Source: Octopus bimaculoides
Taxonomy: Eukaryota
Length of the DNA stretch: 33,826 nucleotides
NCBI RefSeq assembly: GCF_001194135.2
Contig: NC_069001.1
Location: 13,329,987-13,363,812, forward strand
Reading direction: 5' to 3'
Shown: positions 1 to 11,992 of the stretch, in pieces
Numbering within the stretch: position 1 is the stretch's first letter
How the letters are laid out: each line of letters starts with the position of its first letter
Notes under the pieces: generated by a model
The model's database searches: none
Told to the model about the DNA's origin: nothing
The model's input: only the letters and a program-made list of their open reading frames with translations
Program-made: the position numbers and the translations under genes

Positions 1-6
1 ATATAT

Positions 7-155
7 ACGACGGGCTTCTTTCAGTTTCCGTCTACCAAATCCACTCACAATGCTTTGGTCGGCCCGAGGCTATAGAAGAAAACACTTGCCTAGGGTGCCA
101 CGCAGTGGGTTTGAACCCGGAACCATGTGGTTCGTAAGCAGGCTACTTACCACAC
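7..155 (-). mobile_element. SINE family A, 5' half (tRNA-derived head plus CORE-like block)
   Basis: Reverse complement matches the head of the full-length copy at 23701-24110; ends in (TA)n at the window start. Confidence 0.9.
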
Positions 156-509
156 TGATCATAAGAACTGATGATCAACACTGACCAGGGGTTAAATGGC
201 AATGCCATTAAAACCACCATCACTGCCACCAACAACAACAGCAACACTAGAAATAACAATTTTCCCTCCATCCAATGTACACACCCTCTACTGTCTTAAA
301 TATAGAAAACAAGGAGGGACACATTGGATAGTGTAGTCCAGGCTACACAATGCCTAGAAGACAATAAAAAAAAAAAAACTGACCAGATGAACAAAACACT
401 GACCTGTGGCTACACAATAACAACAACAGTAATATAACAACACCTGAAACAAGATCATGCCATTTTACTTCCTAAGACCATCACAGCTGCCATCGGTATC
501 ATCACTGCC

Positions 510-606
510 ATGACCACCACCACTGCCATCACAACTACAACTACATCCACCACCACCACTACCACCACCACCACTACCACCACCACCACTACCACCACCA
601 CCACCG
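510..606. repeat. (ACC/ACT)n trinucleotide tract
   Basis: Direct; explains the poly-Thr ORF 510..959. Confidence 0.95.
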
Positions 607-919
607 GTAATATTGACCACAATGTCATACCACAATGGTGTACCTTATTATTGATGAAGCTTAGAATATGTATTTCGACATCGAAATTATTGATTTATTG
701 GTATTTNNNNNNNNNNNNNNNNNNNNNNNNNNNNNNNNNNNNNNNNNNNNNNNNNNNNNNNNNNNNNNNNNNNNNNNNNNNNNNNNNNNNNNNNNNNNNN
801 NNNNNNNNNNNNNNNNNNNNNNNNNNNNNNNNNNNNNNNNNNATAATAATTCAGGACCAATTACATCAAAAATATCACCTACCATCACCGATCAGTGATC
901 AATATATTCATAAAGCTGT

Positions 920-1141
920 GTGGATGGGTGTATATATGTGCATATGTACGTGCGTGTGAATATGTGTTGTGTGAGTGTGTGTATATGTGTGGTGAACATA
1001 TGCTCTGTGTGTGTCTGCGTGTGTGTATGTGCGTGGGTGTATATGTTGCGTGTGTATGTGTGTGGTGTATGTGTACATGTTCTATATGTGGTATATGTGT
1101 GTGTGTGCATGCATGGCGTGCAGGTGCATTTGTTATGCGTG

Positions 1142-1182
<41 letters not shown>

Positions 1183-1774
1183 TTGTGTATATGTTTGTGT
1201 GTATCTGTATATGTGCTCTATTTGATGTTTGTCTGTGCATGGGTGTATATGTTGTGTTGTGTGTGAGTGTATGTGTGGTGTCCATTAATTATGCATGTAT
1301 ATATGTGGTGTGTGAGTGTGTGTGTATGTATGTGTGTGTGTGTATGTGTGTGTGTGTGTGTGTGTGTCCCTTTCTTTCCAAATCATACTTGTCAATATGG
1401 ACTTTCATCTTCCCCCTCACCCCTCCCCACTCTCATTGTTTTTCTTTCCTATTTTTTTTTCTTTTTAGAAAACACAAACAAAACAATTTCTGATTTTTGA
1501 CTTTGTCTATACATTCATGTGTTTATTATTGTTATTCTTCTTGTTGTTGTTTTTATAGGGAGAAGGAGAAACTTAATTATCAAAGAATCCCTCTTTTTGA
1601 TTACACATGCATATATGTGTACATACACTTGTATATGCATATGTCTGTGAACACACACACATATATATATATACACACACTTAAATTTATATAAATACAC
1701 GTGCGTGCACACACACACAAATATTATATAAATATACATACACACATATATATATATGCATATATGAATATTTA

Positions 1775-1818
<44 letters not shown>
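920..1818. repeat. Compound (TG)/(TA)/(CA) microsatellite mosaic with a short unique spacer (about 1370-1610)
   Basis: Direct; source of the Cys/Val/Tyr/Ile pseudo-ORFs. Confidence 0.95.
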
Positions 1819-2629
1819 NNNNNNNNNNNNNNNNNNNNNNNNNNNNNNNNNNNNNNNNNNNNNNNNNNNNNNNNNNNNNNNNNNNNNNNNNNNNNNAAGT
1901 TCCTGCAATAAATCTACCAATAACAACAGGTGATCGAAACTGTGTCGGTGCTTTACTCATCATCCATTTATACATTTTGTACAATTTCTCCATTGTGCAT
2001 ATGTATATATATATATATAATGGCTGTAATTCAATTTCGAGCAATGACATCACTTGACTGTTCCTTTACAGCAAGCCAGGGTTTTTCAGCCCTGCGAGAG
2101 ACCCACAGTCTTTAGCACAAATGGGAAAACTCTTACATTAGTGTTCAGAGAAATTGCCTCCCATTCTAGCACATTCCATCATTTTCCATTGGGTGTTTTG
2201 CTATTCTTAACTATGGCCAGCCATAGTATGCAACCCATAATAAAAATGTTAAAAAAATCTAGAGATATCTGTGCCTGAAGTTTTTTAAAGTGAAAAATGG
2301 TCTTGCAGAAGGCCAATCCCACTCTCTAAACAATATATAGATTTGTCCAAAAAGAACTTGTCTATGTCATTGGAGCAAATGAAATTACACGTGTTACATC
2401 AAAGTTTTTTTTCTCCTACATAGGTATTTAAACAAAGACTAGGGATCTGTCTCTTATATGTATCTAAATAATATAAAAATGTATATATATTTGAAAAACC
2501 TACACGACTAGGTGAAAAGCACTTCATTTAATATGTGACATTAATAAAAATCTGTAAATGTACAAACATCCAGGTTTCTGAGTACCTTAATTTTTTATAT
2601 ATAATTTCTGTACATCACCTCCAAACCTT

Positions 2630-2675
<46 letters not shown>

Positions 2676-3233
2676 CATACATATATATATATAGTGATGG
2701 TTTGTTGCCAACTTAATGTGGCAGTCCCAGTAAAGGGAAGAATGCTACTGCTATTTAGCCCCAGGAAACACAGTTTCCAGTTGGCCACGTGACACAAGCG
2801 TACTGTGTCCTTATGTTTTCAAACAGGGGAGATAGGCACCTCAGCCAACTACCCACTACAAATATCTAGACTATGCATCTATATGTTTACCTAACATATT
2901 CACACTGGACCTACGTATCAAGTATGCATGTATCTATCTATATCTATCTATTTATCTCTATATATATATATTACAATTAAAAGGGTAAAGGTTTATCCAT
3001 TTATTAATTTATTTATTAATAAATCAAACACCATTATCGGTGGAAAACTTATTTAAAAGTTCTTATACATTTATAAACATAATTAAGGGATCAGCAAACA
3101 TTTGCTTCACCACATACCAAAGTTCAGAAATAGTAGCTAAAAAAGCCTGAGACTCCAACAGATAGCATTACTTGTAACTCACAAAGGCAAAAACAAGAAG
3201 AAAAAACAAATGAAAACTAACTATTCGAAGTTA

Positions 3234-3292
3234 ATCATAGACGCGTTTCTGGATTATGAGCGATAATACTCAATTTCCTTCATCGGTATGAT
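3234..3292 (-). ncRNA. Inverted second HHR copy with a core mutation (CCGATGA)
   Basis: Reverse complement of 3328-3386 with a single difference at U4. Confidence 0.7.
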
Positions 3293-3327
3293 ATTCTAGT
3301 AGTAAATTCGGTATGATATTCTAGAAT

Positions 3328-3386
3328 ATCATACTGATGAAGGAAATTGAGTATTATCGCTCATAATCCAGAAACGCGTCTATGAT
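3328..3386 (+). ncRNA. Minimal type I hammerhead ribozyme motif
   Basis: Stem I ATCATA/TATGAT; CTGATGA 3334-3340; stem II GGA/TCC plus TGAG/CTCA; GAAA 3371-3374; palindromic ACGCGT; GUC cleavage triplet 3378-3380. Confidence 0.8.
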
Positions 3387-3860
3387 TAACTTCGAATGGN
3401 NNNNNNNNNNNNNNNNNNNNNNNNNNNNNNNNNNNNNNNNNNNNNNNNNNNNNNNNNNNNNNNNNNNNNNNNNNNNNNNNNNNNNNNNNNNNNNNNNNNN
3501 NNNNNNNNNNNNNNNNNNNNNNNNNNNNNNNNNNNNNNNNNNNNNNNNNNNNNNNNNNNNNNNNNNNNNNNNNNNNNNNNNNNNNNNNNNNNNNNNNNNN
3601 NNNNNNNNNNNNNNNNNNNNNNNNNNNNNNNNNNNNNNNNNNNNNNNNNNNNNNNNNNNNNNNNNNNNNNNNNNNNNNNNNNNNNNNNNNNNNNNNNNNN
3701 NNNNNNNNNNNNNNNNNNNNNNNNNNNNNNNNNNNNNNNNNNNNNNNNNNNNNNNNNNNNNNNNNNNNNNNNNNNNNNNNNNNNNNNNNNNNNNNNNNNN
3801 NNNNNNNNNNNNNNNNNNNNNNNNNNNNNNNNNNNNNNNNNNNNNNNNNNNNNNNNNNNA

Positions 3861-4214
3861 GGGTTCCAGTTGATCCGATCAACGGAACAGCCTGCTCGTG
3901 AAATTAACGTGCAAGTGGCTGAGCACTCCACAGACACGTGTACCCTTAACGTAGTTCTCGGGGGATATTCAGCGTGACATAGAGTGTGACAAGGCTGACC
4001 CTTTGAATTACAGGCACAACAGAAACAGGAAGAAAGAGTGAGAGAAAGTTGTGGTGGAAGAGTACAGCAGGGTTTGCCACCATCCCCTGCTGGATCCTCG
4101 TGGAGATTTAGGTGTTTTCGCTCAATAAACACTCACAACGACAGGTCTGGGAATTGAAATCGCGATCCTATGACCGCGAGTCCGCTGCCCTAACCACAGG
4201 GCCATTGCGCCTCC
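3861..4214 (-). mobile_element. SINE family D (tRNA-derived head)
   Basis: Minus strand begins GGAGGCGCAATGGCCCTGTGGTTAGGGCAGCGG (A-box-like), followed by GATTTCAATTCCC (B-box-like). The same head recurs at 27840-27865. Confidence 0.85.
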
Positions 4215-4379
4215 GATATATATGTATATGTATATGAAATGCTGATCTCACATCTAACAATAGTATGTGACTCGCCTTAGCCAATAACAGCCCATTTTCC
4301 TGTAGCCACCTTGTATTTCTCTGGGTGCTAATCTGAGCCTGGATAAGCTAGGTTTCTGTAAACTGCTTTAAAGGATGAC

Positions 4380-4835
4380 AATAATAATAATAATTTGTTT
4401 GTCAGTTTCTTGACCATAACCACATGAGCATGTCCCTTAGTGGCTGATGATATGTGCATCTCTGATCACGAGCAGAAGTTATGGGTGGGAAACATCATAG
4501 CCATGTGTTGAGAGGAATTCTTTGGGGTATGAATAATTCACCTTTGGAAACATGGGTGTTTCGTTCAACATCCTTAAACAACCCTTATTCAGGGACCTTT
4601 TGAGTGGGACGGTCCACTCGTTCTGGAGAAAATTTTAACTGGGCCCCGCCTGCGAGGTCATGCACTGTTTATCTTGATATGAGATCACCATATCGTGTAC
4701 ATATGGTTGTGATGCATGTGTCTTGTGTACCCTTATCAGATGGGTAGTCATGATGGGTATACTGGACTTCGTATATTTGTACCCCAGTGTCATTTTGATG
4801 GCATTCGGTGCTCTTTCACTTAATAACATACATAC
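4380..4835. repeat. Unclassified interspersed-repeat-like segment with (AAT)n at its left edge and TAATAA at its right edge
   Basis: GC-richer island with AAT-rich edges. Recalled as an octopus dispersed repeat, but single copy here and unverified. Confidence 0.45.
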
Positions 4836-4902
4836 ACACATATAAGAAAATAGAGACTAATCAATTAATAATTATATTTATTAATTACAAAAATAGACAT
4901 AA

Positions 4903-4990
4903 TTTCTGACAGCTGTTTTGATTCAGACTTTATAATGATTTAAATGTTTCAATTAAAATCTTTAAAGTAGAATCTCGTCGGAAGTAGAAA
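4903..4990 (-). ncRNA. Decayed HHR relic
   Basis: Minus strand: CCGACGA, long stem II closed by GATT/AATC, AAAAC instead of GAAAC, palindrome ACAGCTGT, GUC. Confidence 0.5.
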
Positions 4991-5711
4991 AAATGATATA
5001 CCATTAGATTTTTATGTGTTAAGTGTACGGAACAGTTCAACTGAGCATTGTTTTATGGGTAAATTAGGTATAGAACTTATAAAGGGGAGGAAAGGGTGTG
5101 TGTGTGTGTGTGTGTATATATATGCCTTCGAAACACGGAGAAGATGGAGCAGGGACAACTGAAGATGGGTAATATTCTTTATGTTGCATGTCTCGTTTCT
5201 CTGTTTTTTTCATTGTTCGAAAAAAAAGGTTCGTTTTCTGTCTTCGTCTTTATGTTTTCGTTTCTCATTGTGTTTAACGTTTTTTGTGATGTCCTGTACC
5301 CATACAGATGTTAGTATGTACATCTATATAGATATATGCATATAATTATATATTATATTTGTTAGTATATATATATATATATATATATATATATNNNNNN
5401 NNNNNNNNNNNNNNNNNNNNNNNNNNNNNNNNNNNNNNNNNNNNNNNNNNNNNNNNNNNNNNNNNNNNNNNNNNNNNNNNNNNNNNNNNNNNNNNNNNNN
5501 NNNNNNNNNNNNNNNNNNNNNNNNNNNNNNNNNNNNNNNNNNNNNNNNNNNNNNNNNNNNNNNNNNNNNNNNNNNNNNNNNNNNNNNNNNNNNNNNNNNN
5601 NNNNNNNNNNNNNNNNNNNNNNNNNNNNNNNNNNNNNNTGTTACTTCTTTTTCAAAATAATACAAGTCTTGATGATGCAGACTACCGCCAGTCTCACTAG
5701 ATTCTGTTTTA

Positions 5712-5756
<45 letters not shown>

Positions 5757-6518
5757 CTCTCTCTCACACACACACACACATACGCACACACAGATGGTAT
5801 ATGCATATATGTGTGTATTTGTGTTGATGCATTTCTACACTTTGACTCACTGTACTGTATCCATTTCCTCTGTGAATGCATTCACTTCTCCATTTTATTC
5901 TACTTTATCTCACCTGTTGCTATATATATATATCTGTTACTACTACGTATCTCTTTTTCCCCCTCGTATTTCCTCTCTTTCTCTTTTCCTCTCGTTGCTC
6001 ACCTATTCTTCTACTTCCTCCCTCTGTTTCTCCTTCTACCACTCTCTCTCTTCTCTTTACACTGGCATGGTCACATGCTTCCGGTCAATAATCCTTCCCT
6101 TCCTTGGCTTTCGCCAAGCAACGCACGCACCACTTTGTCCCTCTCGGGCCCGTGCCTCATCGCATTCATACACACATAATTTTTCTCGTCTGGCCGTAAA
6201 GCCTTTTCTGTTTGTTTTCCTGTCTTGTTTTTTGTCCGCCACTNNNNNNNNNNNNNNNNNNNNNNNNNNNNNNNNNNNNNNNNNNNNNNNNNNNNNNNNN
6301 NNNNNNNNNNNNNNNNNNNNNNNNNNNNNNNNNNNNNNNNNNNNNNNNNNNNNNNNNNNNNNNNNNNNNNNNNNNNNNNNNNNNNNNNNNNNNNNNNNNN
6401 NNNNNNNNNNNNNNNNNNNNNNNNNNNNNNNNNNNNNNNNNNNNNNNNNNNNNNNNNNNNNNNNNNNNNNNNNNNNNNNNNNNNNNNNNNNNNNNNNNNN
6501 NNNNNNNNNNNNNNNNNN

Positions 6519-6901
6519 TGTGGCGACAACCTCCACCACTGTAACTACCACCGGCACTGCCATTGTCACCACCGCCACCACCACAACCACCATCATGACC
6601 ACCACTACCACTATGATGACTGCCACAACCGCTACCACAGCCATATCCCCTACCAATACCGTCGTAACTACCATCACCACCACCACCATATATACTGCAT
6701 AATATATATATATATTTATATATATACACACATATATACTATATAATGTATGTGTACATATATCTATCTATCCATCTATCGATATATCTATCTATACACA
6801 TACACACACATATATGGAACAATAGTGGTTTTATATTTATATACACATAACACAGCAATAATCAGTATATACAAGTATACACACACACAGACACATATAT
6901 A

Positions 6902-6939
<38 letters not shown>

Positions 6940-7630
6940 CACACACACACACACATATATATATACACACACACACACATACATATATACACACACATAC
7001 GCACACATATCAAATATTAAAATTCTTCACAGAGTGCCTATGGTTTCGAGTTGCCACAATTCCTGACGGCATCTGCCTTAACATTGATTAACCTAATTTC
7101 CCCTCCTCCGTTAACCACACACACAATTCTGAAATTTTCTCCATGCCTCCCCACTGTCTTTCTCTTTCTCTCAGTCTTTCTGTCTCTCTCTCTCTCTCAG
7201 TCTTAGACTGACAGGTAATGCTACAAGATTCTTTACACAATCTGCTGCAAATTTCTCCTGTCACAATTTCAGCATCTTGTTGCCTGTCTGTCTGCTTGCA
7301 TCATCTGCAAGCACGATCTGTGAGGTAGTGGTGGTGGTGGTTACATTGGTGGTAGTAGTGGTGTTGGTGATAGTGGTGGCATTGGCGGTAGTGGTAGTGT
7401 TGGTTGCAGTGGTGGTGGAAATGGTAGTAGTGGTAGTAGTGGTGGCGATGGTGGTAATTGTGGTGGTGGTGGTGATGGTAGTTACGACGGTATTGGTAGG
7501 GGATATGGCTGTGGTAGCGGTTGTGGCAGTCATCATAGTGGTAGTGGTGGTCATGATGGTGGTTGTGGTGGTGGCGGTGGTGACAATGGCAGTGCCGGTG
7601 GTAGTTACAGTGGTGGAGGTTGTCGCCACA
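6519..7630. repeat. Perfect 170-bp inverted repeat (6519-6688 and 7461-7630) of ACC-rich sequence
   Basis: Base-by-base reverse-complement identity. Confidence 0.9.
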
Positions 7631-8229
7631 GCCAGTTCAATATTGAATGAGGCTGTGACCTGATTTCATTCTCAGCCCCCGCCCCCCNNNNNNNNNNNNN
7701 NNNNNNNNNNNNNNNNNNNNNNNNNNNNNNNNNNNNNNNNNNNNNNNNNNNNNNNNNNNNNNNNNNNNNNNNNNNNNNNNNNNNNNNNNNNNNNNNNNNN
7801 NNNNNNNNNNNNNNNNNNNNNNNNNNNNNNNNNNNNNNNNNNNNNNNNNNNNNNNNNNNNNNNNNNNNNNNNNNNNNNNNNNNNNNNNNNNNNNNNNNNN
7901 NNNNNNNNNNNNNNNNNNNNNNNNNNNNNNNNNNNNNNNNNNNNNNNNNNCTCCTCCACCCAGCTCTTTCGAACACCTACAACTCCACTCCACCTCTGTC
8001 TCACTCTTCCTCCTCCTCTCTCTCTCCCCCCTCCTCCTCCTCTCTCTTTCCCTCTAGTCTTTTCCAGTCAGCTGATGATATTGGCAAATAAATAAATAAA
8101 TAGGATTGATAAATTGAAATACAAAAATATAGCAAAAAAGTCATGAATGACAAAATTTTCCAGTTCTTCTTCTGATGTCGTTTCATTTCCATAATTGTTA
8201 CAACAGTTTTCTCAGAGTCCTTAAGAAAG

Positions 8230-8279
8230 AATTATCATCATCATCATTATTATTACTATTATTATTATTATTATTATCG

Positions 8280-8313
<34 letters not shown>

Positions 8314-8730
8314 TATTATTATAACAGAAATCATTATTGTTATTATTATTGGTGTTGCTGCCGCTGTTCCCGCCACCACCACCACCACCACCAACCATTA
8401 ACACCATTATAATCATTGTCATTGTTGTCATCATCATCGTCGTCATCATCATCATCACCAGCATCATCATCAGTATCATTATCATGACATACTTTCAACA
8501 TCACATATACCACCACTACCTCCATCACCATAACCCCCTACTCCTACCACTGCCATGACCATCATCATCATTAACATCATCATCATTGTTGCTGTCATCA
8601 TCATCATCATCATCAAAACTGTCACCATCACCACTATCATCATCATCATCATCATCATCATCATCTAAATCTTTATCACCACCACTGCCACCACCACCAC
8701 CACCGCCACCACCTCTGCCACTATCGTCAT
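8230..8730. repeat. (TAT)n/(CAT)n/(CAC)n trinucleotide mosaic
   Basis: Direct. Confidence 0.95.
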
Positions 8731-9307
8731 NNNNNNNNNNNNNNNNNNNNNNNNNNNNNNNNNNNNNNNNNNNNNNNNNNNNNNNNNNNNNNNNNNNNNN
8801 NNNNNNNNNNNNNNNNNNNNNNNNNNNNNNNNNNNNNNNNNNNNNNNNNNNNNNNNNNNNNNNNNNNNNNNNNNNNNNNNNNNNNNNNNNNNNNNNNNNN
8901 NNNNNNNNNNNNNNNNNNNNNNNNNNNNNNNNNNNNNNNNNNNNNNNNNNNNNNNNNNNNNNNNNNNNNNNNNNNNNNNNNNNNNNNNNNNNNNNNNNNN
9001 NNNNNNNNNNNNNNNNNNNNNNNNNNNNNNNNNNNNNNNNNNNNNNNNNNNNNNNNNNNNNNNNNNNNNNNNNNNNNNNNNNNNNNNNNNNNNNNNNNNN
9101 NNNNNNNNNNNNNNNNNNNNNNNNNNNNNNNNNNNNNNNNNNNNNNNNNNNNNNNNNNNNNNNNNNNNNNNNNNNNNNNNNNNNNNNNNNNNNNNNNNNN
9201 NNNNNNNNNNNNNNNNNNNNNNNNNNNNNNNNNNNNNNNNNNNNNNNNNNNNNNNNNNNNNNNNNNNNNNNNNNNNNNNNNNNNNNNNNNNNNNNNNNNN
9301 NNNNNNN

Positions 9308-9340
<33 letters not shown>

Positions 9341-9344
9341 GTGT

Positions 9345-9552
9345 GTTTGTGTGTCTGTGTTTGTCCCCCCAACATCGCTTGACAACTGATGCTGGTGTGT
9401 TTACGTCCCCGTAACTTAGCAGTTTGGCAAAAAGAGACCGATAGAATAAGTACTAGGCTTACAAAGAATAAGTCCTGGGGTCGATTTGCTTGACTAAAGG
9501 TGGTGCTCCAGCATGGCCGCAGTCAAATGACTGAAACAAGTAAAACAGTAAA
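9345..9552 (+). mobile_element. SINE family A, 3' half
   Basis: GTGTCTGTGTTTGTCCCC...CCAGCATGGCCGCAGTCAAATGACTGAAACAAGTAAAA, matching 23900-24110. Confidence 0.92.
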
Positions 9553-9677
9553 GGAGCATCGAAAATGTGTATTCTACAATACAAATGAGATGATATTTTT
9601 TTGAACGAAGATTTGCCATTAGAACAGCAGAAATACTGGGTAAATTACCCTTACACGGTGGAAAAATTTGTCAACAA

Positions 9678-9752
9678 CCAGCCATGGGACATGAACCCAT
9701 ATCCTTCAAAGACTTCAGCTGAATGCTTTACCATTAAACTAAACTGCCTGCT
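9678..9752 (-). other. Decayed tRNA-like or SINE head
   Basis: Minus strand has TAGTTTAATGGTAAAGCA (A-box-like) and GGGTTCATGTCCC (B-box-like); no clean cloverleaf. Confidence 0.3.
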
Positions 9753-10039
9753 GAGAAATTCACTGCTGAATTTAGACACTAAATACTTTAGCTTTATGGA
9801 ACAACTGTGTGTGTATAAATGTAAACAAATATTTGTTCTTTTCATTAGAAGTGTAGAAAATGCCACTTGGTCTGGGAATCTAGGGATCATGAGTGCAACA
9901 ACCTAATCACTAGGTCATAGCTGAGTAAAGAAGTGTCGATCTCTAAGTGTGGTGGGAACCTGTGGAAGAGGTAGGTAGACTCAGGATGACAAGTGGTTGA
10001 GACCTTTGGTGATTTGTTATGCTTGAGAAAACTCAAGTG

Positions 10040-10152
10040 AAATCAGTCGTGGCCAGTGTTGATGACACATAAAAGCATCTGTGCTGGTGACACATTGAAG
10101 GCACACACTACACTCTTGGAGTGGTTGGCATTAGAAAGGGCATTCAGCTATG
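10040..10152 (+). mobile_element. Degenerate family C fragment
   Basis: GGAGTGGTTGGCATTAGAAAGGGCATTCAGCT resembles the family C motif. Confidence 0.65.
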
Positions 10153-10174
10153 GTGTGTATATATATACACCATA

Positions 10175-10330
10175 GACTTTCACAGTTTCCGTCTACCTAA
10201 ATCTACTCATTCAAAAGGCATTGGTTGACCTTAGGCTACAGTAGAAAATATCTGAATGAGGTGCTGTCACACAGTGGAACTGAACCCAAATCCAAATGCT
10301 TGGGAAGCAAACTAGTTACCACACAGCTAA
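10175..10330 (-). mobile_element. Degenerate SINE family A 5' half
   Basis: CAGTTTCCGTCTACC...GAACCC...TTACCACACAGC. Confidence 0.75.
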
Positions 10331-10552
10331 GCCTGGAACCTCCCTTGTTTTCTAAAACAAATGCAATGCCCAAATATTTTATAAACTTGTCTGGCACCTC
10401 CTCGTCTTTATGGCAGAGACAGAAGAATTACATGGCAGCAAAAAAAACAAAAAGGGTTTTGTTGTGTTCTTATCAAAGAGGGGATGGAGGGGTGCTAGGA
10501 AATTGCGCACCATATATTTGGGGTAGAGTAGAGGGTGGATAGTTGAGGCCTG

Positions 10553-11078
10553 GTATTTTGTCTAGTTGAGAATTACTGTCCCAAATCTCATAAGGAGACT
10601 TAGCCTGCTGGGCATCTGTATAATGAGGTTTTGGTGAATTAAGTAGTTTGTTTTTACGTCTCCGTAAAAACAAAGTAGAGTTGGTGGTGGTGGTCGTGGT
10701 GGTATTGGTAGTGATTGTTTTTGTAATGGTAGCAGATCTAGTGCTGTTCATGGTGATGGTGATGGTGGTGGTTGTGGTTGTGGTTGTGATGGTGTTGGTG
10801 ATGGTGGTGTTGGTGATGGTGGTGATGGTGGTGGTGGTGGTGGTGNNNNNNNNNNGTATTTTGTCTAGTTGAGAATTACTGTCCCAAATCTCATAAGGAG
10901 ACTTAGCCTGCTGGGCATCTGTATAATGAGGTTTTGGTGAATTAAGTAGTTTGTTTTTACGTCTCCGTAAAAACAAAGTAGAGTTGGTGGTGGTGGTCGT
11001 GGTGGTATTGGTAGTGATTGTTTTTGTAATGGTAGCAGATCTAGTGCTGTTCATGGTGATGGTGATGGTGGTGGTTGT
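10553..11078. repeat. Exact 223-bp direct duplication (10553-10775 = 10856-11078) across a 10-N gap
   Basis: Identical sequence at offset 303; the second copy starts exactly at the gap edge. Confidence 0.92.
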
Positions 11079-11520
11079 AGTGGTGGTGGTATTGATGATG
11101 ATTCTGGTTGTGATGATGGTGATTCAGGTGATGTTAGTGTTGGTTATGATGGTGGTAATGGCAGTGGTATTGATGGTGATTGTGATTGTGGTGGTTGTAG
11201 TTCTAGTGGTACCATTTCATGCTGGCGATAATGTTAGTGGTGTTTGCGATATTGTCAGTGGTATTGTTCTGGGTTTTCCCATGGTGTATCTTGGTATTGT
11301 GGATGTAGTGGATGCCAGTGGTTGTGGCAGTCTGGTTGTAGATTTGCAGTGCTGGTAATAGCGCTAGTGGTTGCAATAGCGATAGTACTTGTGATAGTAC
11401 AGACGCTGATGGTTGTGGTATTTCTGGCAGTGGTGTTGGTGGTAGTGGTGGTACCATTTCATGTTGCAGATGATGGTGATGGCGTTGGCAATGGCATCGG
11501 TTGTGTTGTTGGCGGCGTTG
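10680..11520. repeat. Degenerate (GGT/GAT)n trinucleotide tract
   Basis: Direct; the antisense Thr-rich frame contains stops and a frame change. Confidence 0.85.
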
Positions 11521-11689
11521 GGGTCGGTAAACAATACACCAACGCCAACAACATGAGAGTAAACAAAAAAAATTAAAAAATCACATACAACGGTGGCAGA
11601 TATTGATTGAAATGTCAGCTGTTGCTATGACAACAATAGAGATACACCAGTACAACAACCAGCTTCACCACAATGCAAGCTGTTACCGC

Positions 11690-11947
11690 TCTGTCTGCGT
11701 ATGTGTGTATATGTGCATGAATGTGCGTGTATGTATGCATGCATATATGTGTGCGTGTGTGTGTGCGTGTGTGTATATAAAATACAATCAGATCTCTCTC
11801 TTTTTGTTCATATATATATATGCATACATATATATGCATACATATATATACATGCATATATATACAGATATATATGCATACATATATGTATATACATATA
11901 TACATGCATATATATACAGATATATATGCATACATATATGTATATAC

Positions 11948-11980
<33 letters not shown>

Positions 11981-11992
11981 CATGCATACATA
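11690..11992. repeat. Compound TA/CA/TG microsatellite with a higher-order repeat unit
   Basis: The block TACAGATATATATGCATACATATATGTATATACATATATACA recurs at about 11862 and 11914. Confidence 0.9.

Larger units (their letters stand above)
2975..3399 (+). mobile_element. AT-rich element ending in an inverted HHR pair; Penelope-like pseudo-LTR candidate
   Basis: TAAAAGGGTAAA start and the block TTATAAACATAATT...TTGCTTCACCACATACC...AGAAATAG are shared with 24598-24792; carries HHR motifs. The Penelope assignment is inferred from the HHR and inversion architecture. Confidence 0.55.

Noticed and set aside
270-348. Paired hairpins ATCCAATGT/ACATTGGAT and GTGTAG/CTACAC
   Set aside because: Short stems in a single copy; not distinguishable from chance here.
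651-690. TTGATGA...GAAA as an HHR
   Set aside because: C3 is absent and there is no proper stem II base or stem I; only a local palindrome ATTTCGA/TCGAAAT.
1900-1960. GAAACTGTGTC as an HHR 3' half
   Set aside because: No CUGANGA or stem II upstream before the gap.
4444-4506. CTGATGA...GAAACATC as an HHR
   Set aside because: The core itself pairs with the downstream ATCATAGCCA; no stems I or II.
7201-7214. 14-nt micro-exon (CT-rich AG ... GTAATG)
   Set aside because: The pyrimidine tract is a CT microsatellite and two of three frames are stopped; likely chance.
9601-9906. 101-aa non-repetitive ORF (MNEDLPLEQQ...)
   Set aside because: Starts at TTG, has no recognisable motif or splice support, and overlaps a tRNA-like relic on the other strand.
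10553-11078. 223-bp tandem duplication as a real repeat or tandem mucin exon
   Set aside because: 100% identical, starts exactly at a 10-N placeholder gap and diverges only inside the GGT tract; best explained as two haplotypes or overlapping contig ends.
10473-11520. Mucin-like Thr-rich protein on the minus strand
   Set aside because: The Thr frame has several TGA stops, including a repeated TGA-AAT-GGT-ACC motif, plus a frame change; consistent with a decayed trinucleotide tract.
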